Positions 61,601 through 64,000 of a DNA stretch of 64,000 nt are shown here, one piece after another (position 1 is the stretch's first letter; every line of letters starts with the position of its first letter). The notes beneath the pieces are model-generated. The model made no database searches. It was not told where the DNA came from and saw only the letters and a program-made list of their open reading frames with translations. The DNA is from Ranitomeya imitator. Its lineage: Eukaryota. The position numbers were made by a program, and so were the translations under genes. Location of the stretch: positions 565,254,001 to 565,318,000 of the forward strand of contig NC_091287.1 of the NCBI RefSeq assembly GCF_032444005.1, given 5' to 3'.

Positions 61601-62472
61601 TGTATACAGTACGTGTGCCTTGGTGTCTGCTGTATACAGTACGTGTGCCTTGGTGTTTGCTGTATACGGTACGTGTGTCTTGGTGTCTGCTGTATACAGT
61701 ACGTGTGCCTTGGTGTCTGCTGTATACGGTACGTGTGTCTTGGTGTCTGCTGTATACGGTACGTGTGCTTTGGTGTTTGCTGTATACGGTACGTGTGCCT
61801 TGGTGTCTGCTGTATACGGTACGTGTGTCTTGGTGTCTGCTGTATACGGTACGTGTGCCTTGGTGTCTGCTGTATACGGTACGTGTGCCTTGGTGTCTGC
61901 TGTATACAGTATCTGTGCTTTGGTGTTTGCAGGCATTGACTTTTGTTTGCAGGTGTCATTTCTCTTCTCCTGCTCTTACACTGAATGTATGAGACCCTTG
62001 TAGGGGGTGACAGTGAGCGCCGGACATGTAATGTGAATGTGCTCTGTCCTCAGACCCTGGTCCAGACGGGAGAGGCCATGTACTGTCCGGCATGTGAGAT
62101 TATCGTCCAGAAGAAGGATGGCTGCGACTGGATCCGCTGTACCATGTGTCAGACTGAGATATGTTGGGTCACCAAGGGCCCTCGCTGGGGGCCACAGGTA
62201 AATTAGAGGCTGGTATACATGATGGGGCTTATAGGCAAGGGGGTAAAACAGAGTGCTGAGTCTGAATCCTGGGTACGACTCCTGCCCGGGGTCATCACAT
62301 CACGAGACTGAAGATGAATGGCCCCGGACCGTGTACTCTGTGAGCCGCCATCTTGATTGCTCATAGTTACTTTTTTTTTCCGTGTGCACAGGGTCCTGGA
62401 GACACATCTGCTGGATGTCAGTGTAATGTGAACGGAAAGAAATGTGATCCCAGATGTCAGAACTGCCACTGA
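2086..62472 (+). CDS. RBCK1: SHARPIN/RBCK1-related LUBAC E3 ligase (HOIL-1L-like with N-terminal SHARPIN PH domain; shrprbck1r type), 14 coding exons, 688 aa
   Basis: Manual splice join(2086-2283,15846-16020,24227-24340,26363-26504,26573-26663,26867-27140,39071-39192,39696-39869,57405-57565,59025-59136,60188-60367,60540-60638,62054-62197,62392-62472) = 2067 nt, open frame, GT-AG introns, phases match. Recognised PH, LTM, UBL, NZF, RING1, IBR and RING2 (QKKDGCDW...CQNCH*) motifs. Confidence 0.92.
2442..4353. mobile_element. PIF/Harbinger-like non-autonomous element carrying a 37-bp array
   Basis: TIR GGCTGTGTGCCCAC / GTGGGCACGCGGCC, TTA target duplication on both sides. Confidence 0.7.
2908..4237 (+). 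repeat. 37-bp minisatellite (ccggacccgggcgccatcgctgtacacatggggggca), ~36 copies
   Basis: Direct reading; some 36-bp variants. Confidence 0.97.
4900..5218. mobile_element. Fold-back MITE fragment with TTAA-AGGGG (Kolobok/T2-like) end
   Basis: Inverted arms centred near 5050; end cctggacatcccct-TTAA; left end not found. Confidence 0.4.
5430..9159. mobile_element. Non-autonomous piggyBac-like (TTAA) element with four ~390-bp internal repeats and a CCCTAA-like tract
   Basis: TTAA|CCCCT ... AGGGG|TTAA; marker gagtacgctgatac at 6141, 6531, 6921, 7310; left end homologous to the 18153 element. Confidence 0.75.
7470..7700 (+). repeat. Degenerate telomere-like (CCCTAA/CCCTAG)n tract inside the piggyBac-like element
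   Basis: Direct reading. Confidence 0.8.
9170..11915. mobile_element. Probable hAT-like element (CAGTGGCGTA terminus) with C-rich subterminal repeats; left end uncertain
   Basis: Right end ctagatacgccactg; degenerate ~31-bp and ~51-bp repeats at 9770-10630. Confidence 0.35.
10670..11705 (+). repeat. 19-bp GC-rich minisatellite (cctgccggccgcagccacc), ~54 near-identical copies
   Basis: Direct reading; only two adjacent variant units seen near 10917-10936. Confidence 0.97.
12230..12412. mobile_element. Harbinger-like MITE
   Basis: 24-bp TIR GGCCGGGGTCACA(A/C)TTGCGAGAAA with one mismatch, TAA duplication. Confidence 0.85.
12416..14232 (+). mobile_element. Non-autonomous Helitron-like element (3' part) containing a 21-bp array; 5' boundary uncertain
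   Basis: 3' hairpin cccgat-gcgttaga-atcggg at 14202-14221, then CTAC|T; homologous to the inverted copy at 14647. Confidence 0.6.
12938..14184 (+). repeat. 21-bp minisatellite (gcgtgggctgtgctgtatacc), ~59 copies
   Basis: Only one substitution seen (13292). Confidence 0.97.
14233..14618. mobile_element. Right part of a Tc2/pogo-like MITE
   Basis: End tcggcttatactctagtatatacgg|TA. Confidence 0.55.
14647..15160 (-). mobile_element. Short Helitron-like element, same family as 12416-14232
   Basis: Minus-strand hairpin plus CTAG|T end; three copies of a related 21-mer at 14839-14905. Confidence 0.65.
15261..15658. mobile_element. Two adjacent Harbinger-like MITEs (15261-15382, 15386-15658)
   Basis: GTGCACACG-type TIRs, TTA/TAA junctions. 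Confidence 0.6.
15846..16020 (+). CDS. RBCK1: Exon 2, PH domain C-half ([22 protein letters not shown]...[20 protein letters not shown])
   Basis: Acceptor tcgcccag|ATC, donor AG|GTGAGC; VSY...HEL and EAQRW motifs of the SHARPIN PH domain. Confidence 0.9.
16520..17580 (+). pseudogene. Degenerate Tc1 transposase
   Basis: [10 protein letters not shown]..., [19 protein letters not shown] motifs; in-frame stops and a G-run frameshift near 17120. Confidence 0.9.
21472..21815. mobile_element. Harbinger-like MITE inserted in the CCCTAA tract
   Basis: TIR GGCTATGTGC(C/A)CACG, TAA duplication. Confidence 0.85.
21825..22168. mobile_element. Harbinger-like MITE
   Basis: (A)GGTATGTGCACACG / CGTGTGCACATCCC, flanks TAA and GAA. 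Confidence 0.7.
24227..24340 (+). CDS. RBCK1: Exon 3, linker
   Basis: ttctttctgtttag| acceptor, AAG|GTGAGC donor, 114 nt, phase 1-1, open frame. Confidence 0.75.
24365..26336 (+). repeat. 72-bp minisatellite filling intron 3, ~27 copies
   Basis: gatgtcacctgcagtcctatgtaacaccacagataacacagtgataactctctgagtacagataatgtagta; period 72 (24440 to 24512). Confidence 0.97.
26363..26504 (+). CDS. RBCK1: Exon 4, LUBAC-tethering motif ([30 protein letters not shown])
   Basis: Similar to the SHARPIN/HOIL-1 LTM (L..AI..GD...AA..A..LA); AG/GT sites present. Confidence 0.9.
26573..26663 (+). CDS. RBCK1: Exon 5, UBL N-part (MKVGVEDAS...TTIAALKQQ)
   Basis: VEDA and [11 protein letters not shown] motifs; ccgcag| and CAG|GTGAGT. 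Confidence 0.93.
26867..27140 (+). CDS. RBCK1: Exon 6, UBL C-part ([11 protein letters not shown]...[17 protein letters not shown])
   Basis: Strong match to the SHARPIN/HOIL-1 UBL consensus; ttacag| and G|GTGAGT. Confidence 0.93.
27200..30663 (+). repeat. 43-45-bp minisatellite (ataggctgtagatgaggtggaggctgtgctcagtttagtaacttt), ~78 copies with block structure
   Basis: Direct reading; recurring variant blocks. Confidence 0.97.
31480..31641. mobile_element. hAT-like palindromic MITE
   Basis: CAGGGGTCCCCAAC TIR; 8-bp duplication ctattaat/ctataaat. Confidence 0.85.
31794..32612. mobile_element. Harbinger-like fold-back MITE
   Basis: GGTACCTTCACAC / GTGTAACGGTACC ends; central inverted repeat 32130-32320. 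Confidence 0.7.
33805..34148 (+). repeat. 87-bp tandem repeat (~4 copies) inside the DIRS recombinase region
   Basis: caaaat(c/a)tggaagcg at 33817, 33904, 33991, 34078. Confidence 0.9.
36024..38990 (-). mobile_element. Mariner-like element, degenerate transposase on the minus strand, expanded by a 24-bp array
   Basis: TIR (T/C)GAGGGGCGTTCATTA...; fragments [38 protein letters not shown]. Confidence 0.85.
37297..38854 (+). repeat. 24-bp minisatellite (attatcaaacctcgcgccactccc), ~65 copies
   Basis: Direct reading. Confidence 0.97.
39071..39192 (+). CDS. RBCK1: Exon 7, Pro-rich linker
   Basis: cttcttctag| acceptor, CAG|GTAGGT donor, phase 1 to 0 bridges exons 6 and 8. Confidence 0.8.
39696..39869 (+). 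CDS. RBCK1: Exon 8, NZF (RanBP2-type) zinc finger plus NZF tail
   Basis: [25 protein letters not shown] followed by helical tail; AAG|GTAAAG. Confidence 0.95.
39915..40186 (+). repeat. 38-bp minisatellite (gcagctccaggggtgactggagtattggaatagtaaat), ~7 copies
   Basis: Period 38 (40028 to 40066). Confidence 0.92.
40311..41914 (-). mobile_element. Full-length Tc1 (DD34E) transposon, 1604 bp
   Basis: TA|CAGTGGGGCAAAAAAGTATTTAGTCAGTC ... matching inverted end|TA; long TIRs. Confidence 0.95.
40525..41547 (-). pseudogene. Tc1 transposase, 340 codons with a single in-frame TGA at 40933-40935
   Basis: ORF-track pieces of 204 aa and 128 aa share a frame; WSDETK, QHDN-34-PIENLW. Confidence 0.92.
41915..44280 (+). 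repeat. 35-bp minisatellite (tacaagcacgctcggctgactgctgctcctccgtg), ~67 copies; one more copy at 40263-40310
   Basis: Direct reading. Confidence 0.97.
44300..44599. mobile_element. Harbinger-like MITE
   Basis: GGGTATGTGCACACG / CGTGTGCACATACTC, TAA duplication. Confidence 0.85.
44850..45850. promoter_or_regulatory. Intronic CpG-rich segment with promoter-like motifs
   Basis: TGACGTCA (CRE) near 44989, ATTGG/CCAAT boxes, CCGGAAGT near 45832, minus-strand CCG|GTGAGC donor at 45731. Confidence 0.35.
44852..44935 (+). CDS. Candidate alternative terminal exon ([27 protein letters not shown]) after the NZF exon
   Basis: Strong acceptor ccttctcttctttctttctccag|G in intron 8; in frame with phase-0 exon 8; no transcript evidence available. 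Confidence 0.35.
   Translation, partial: EKGRREAAPPSHKAPAGDSLDDFTLLQ
46020..46240 (+). repeat. Degenerate ~45-bp repeat (actgcagctctggaggataagac...)
   Basis: 4-5 copies. Confidence 0.7.
48094..49540 (+). mobile_element. Degenerate Tc1 element inserted in the 5' LTR
   Basis: TIR cagaat(a/t)att(c/a)ggcaagttg; fragments [28 protein letters not shown]. Confidence 0.85.
49771..50172. mobile_element. Harbinger-like MITE
   Basis: GGCTACTTTCACACTAG perfect TIR, TAA duplication. Confidence 0.9.
53761..54052. mobile_element. hAT-like MITE inside the 3' LTR
   Basis: TAGTGATGAG TIR; 8-bp duplication gttatgat/gttataat. Confidence 0.85.
54890..56075 (+). repeat. 14-bp pyrimidine minisatellite (ctctctcccctctg / ctctctccccttcg), ~85 copies
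   Basis: Direct reading. Confidence 0.95.
56728..57108. mobile_element. Fold-back MITE (Kolobok-like)
   Basis: Inverted arms 56753-56830 vs 57005-57083; termini degenerate. Confidence 0.55.
57405..57565 (+). CDS. RBCK1: Exon 9, RING1 first half (ECRIC...ECLHSFC)
   Basis: C3HC4 ligands; ttttcag| and AG|GTAGGT. Confidence 0.95.
57545..58332 (+). repeat. 25-bp minisatellite spanning the exon 9 / intron 9 junction, ~31 copies
   Basis: Unit gtggctgcacagcttctgtagg(t/c)ag; first unit lies in the coding exon. Confidence 0.97.
59025..59136 (+). CDS. RBCK1: Exon 10, RING1 second half (ECL...VSCPY...AC)
   Basis: Phase 2 to 0; cccag| and GCG|GTGAGT. Confidence 0.93.
59350..60125 (+). repeat. CT-rich low-complexity tract
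   Basis: Direct reading. Confidence 0.8.
60188..60367 (+). CDS. RBCK1: Exon 11, IBR ([12 protein letters not shown]...CPIC...NCLICK)
   Basis: HOIL-1 IBR motif; cacag| and AAG|GTACAC. Confidence 0.95.
60540..60638 (+). CDS. RBCK1: Exon 12 ([28 protein letters not shown])
   Basis: Closely resembles the corresponding HOIL-1 segment; AG/GT sites present. Confidence 0.95.
60815..61930 (+). repeat. 30-bp minisatellite (acgtgtgctttggtgtctgctgtatacagt), ~37 copies
   Basis: Period 30 on line 60961. Confidence 0.96.
62054..62197 (+). CDS. RBCK1: Exon 13, RING2 with catalytic Cys (CPAC...[11 protein letters not shown])
   Basis: RBR active-site motif intact; CAG|GTAAAT. Confidence 0.96.
62392..62472 (+). 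CDS. RBCK1: Exon 14, C-terminal zinc cluster ([26 protein letters not shown])
   Basis: HOIL-1-specific C-terminus ending CQNCH, TGA at 62470-62472. Confidence 0.95.
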   Translation, partial: GPGDTSAGCQCNVNGKKCDPRCQNCH

Positions 62473-63045
62473 TCATTAGTCACAGCAGCTGCCCATCCAT
62501 TATATGCAAGCAATGTCCCCGCCGTGCCTCACTTCTCCGAGATCCCTGTACATACCGCTAAAGATGGCGTCTAGCATCATGGCCGAAACCGTGATAGACA
62601 GACGGGGAGGGAAAAGACTGATGAGATGCCGCCTGTAACCTATGCAGAAAGGTGCAATAACTCCTCCTCACCCCGGGGGGCACCACTGACTTGTGATTGC
62701 TGGTCTTGCATTTCACAGATTTCTGTTCTTTATTGTACAGTTTTTTTTTGTCGTTTTTTTTAAAGGGGAGCCCCACTTTAGTTATCGTTATAGATGAAGG
62801 ATTAATTAGCGATCGTCCTGGAGACTGGAACATAACCCTCCATACTTGTTTGTGTTTACACTAGGCGTCTCCCCCTCCACAATAGTAGATTAAGGTGACT
62901 CTCCCCTGCATTAGACAATCGATGGAACACTACAGTCGGTCGACATCCCAGGACTCAGAAGCAAACAGAAGGAGTGAGAGCTTCGTCTTCCTCACAGCTG
63001 ACTACTGTTGTATCTCACTGAGTGTAACCGGACAGCCACATTGGC

Positions 63046-63051
63046 AATAAA
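63046..63051 (+). terminator. Candidate polyadenylation signal
   Basis: AATAAA about 570 nt after the stop; second AATAAA near 63237. Confidence 0.45.
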
Positions 63052-64000
63052 TGTGGTTCCACAGCAGCTTACGTTTCTTTTGTGATGCTACAACCATTGA
63101 TCAGGTCCAAGCATAAAGAGGTGAGGGCAACAGCCTGAGAGCTAACAGCAAGGCAGCGGAAGTGTGCATGACAGGACACAGATCTGACTACAAGCTCCAG
63201 AGCATTAGACCAAATGTGACTGTAGCTGTGACTGTAGAATAAAACCTAAAGAAAAAGATTTAGAGGAAGTGAGATGATGATCAGAAGTGGATCAGTCCAT
63301 AATCCTCTGAATTTAGGACCATAAATTTAGCCATAGACAGATTAGACAATGATTCTGACTTTATGGCCGCCTCTGATTTACTGAATCTCTGCTAAATTAC
63401 GGGACTTTTCTTGCAGCATCTTTTCCTTCTCTGATTTGCTAATCTTCCCCTTGCCATGATGTCTCTTCCTTTAATTTCTAGGTCTCTTCGATTGGTGGCG
63501 TCTTTTCCACTTTAGATTCTCTGGAATTCTTTCATCTCGGTTTCCACTGATTTACTGGACATCTCTACGTGGTGATCGCTCTTCCTCCACTGGATTCTGG
63601 AATTCTTCTCCCAGTAGCATCTTTGTCTTGAAGCTTCCTGGACTTCTTGTCATCACTTCCTCCATGTATTTCCTATACCTTTCCCGTCAGCAGTGCTCCT
63701 CCTCCTTCACATTTCCTAGACTTCACTTTTCATCTCTTTCCCCACTGAATTCCTAGATATCTAGTCTCAGAATTGTCTGACTTCATTGATTTCACAAACC
63801 TTCTATTTCAGATGTCCAGGATTTTCCCTCTCATGTCTTCCTTCGCTGATTTCCTAGACCTCTCCTCCCAGTAGTTTATCTTATACTCCTCCAATTTCCT
63901 GGATCATTTCTTCCTCTTCTGATTAGAGGCTTCTTCTCATGGTGGCCTCTCTTCAGCGTTCCTGGACTTCCCATCTCATTTCTTTATCCACCAATCTAGG

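Noticed and set aside
63400-64000. Purine-rich minus strand with recurring ctaggaaat-like motifs, possible last exon of a convergent gene
   Set aside because: Stops in all three minus frames and no ORF of 60 aa or more; cannot be supported from this window.
1-64000. rRNA, tRNA or snRNA genes
   Set aside because: No recognisable examples seen by eye; a tRNAscan-SE or Infernal run would be needed to exclude small or diverged ones.

Overview
Eukaryotic, vertebrate genomic DNA. It is most likely a large-genome frog, which is an inference from the transposon repertoire and the gene sequence. The window holds one complete 14-exon + strand gene (CDS 2086-62472, 688 aa as spliced by hand, all introns GT-AG and phase-consistent). 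Its domain order is SHARPIN-type PH, LTM, UBL, NZF, RING1-IBR-RING2, so it is a SHARPIN/HOIL-1L composite LUBAC subunit (RBCK1-like, shrprbck1r type). The introns are inflated by nested transposons (Tc1, mariner, piggyBac-like, Penelope-like, DIRS1, Gmr1-type Gypsy, Helitrons, Harbinger and hAT MITEs) and about a dozen unrelated minisatellites, roughly 18 kb in total. Almost all long ORFs in the track are artefacts of those arrays. The main leads are: a candidate alternative last exon that would make a SHARPIN-like protein without the RBR from the same gene; a 25-bp array that has multiplied the exon 9 splice donor; a likely bidirectional promoter; a four-level transposon nest; telomere-like repeats carried by transposons; and a Tc1 transposase one codon away from intact.
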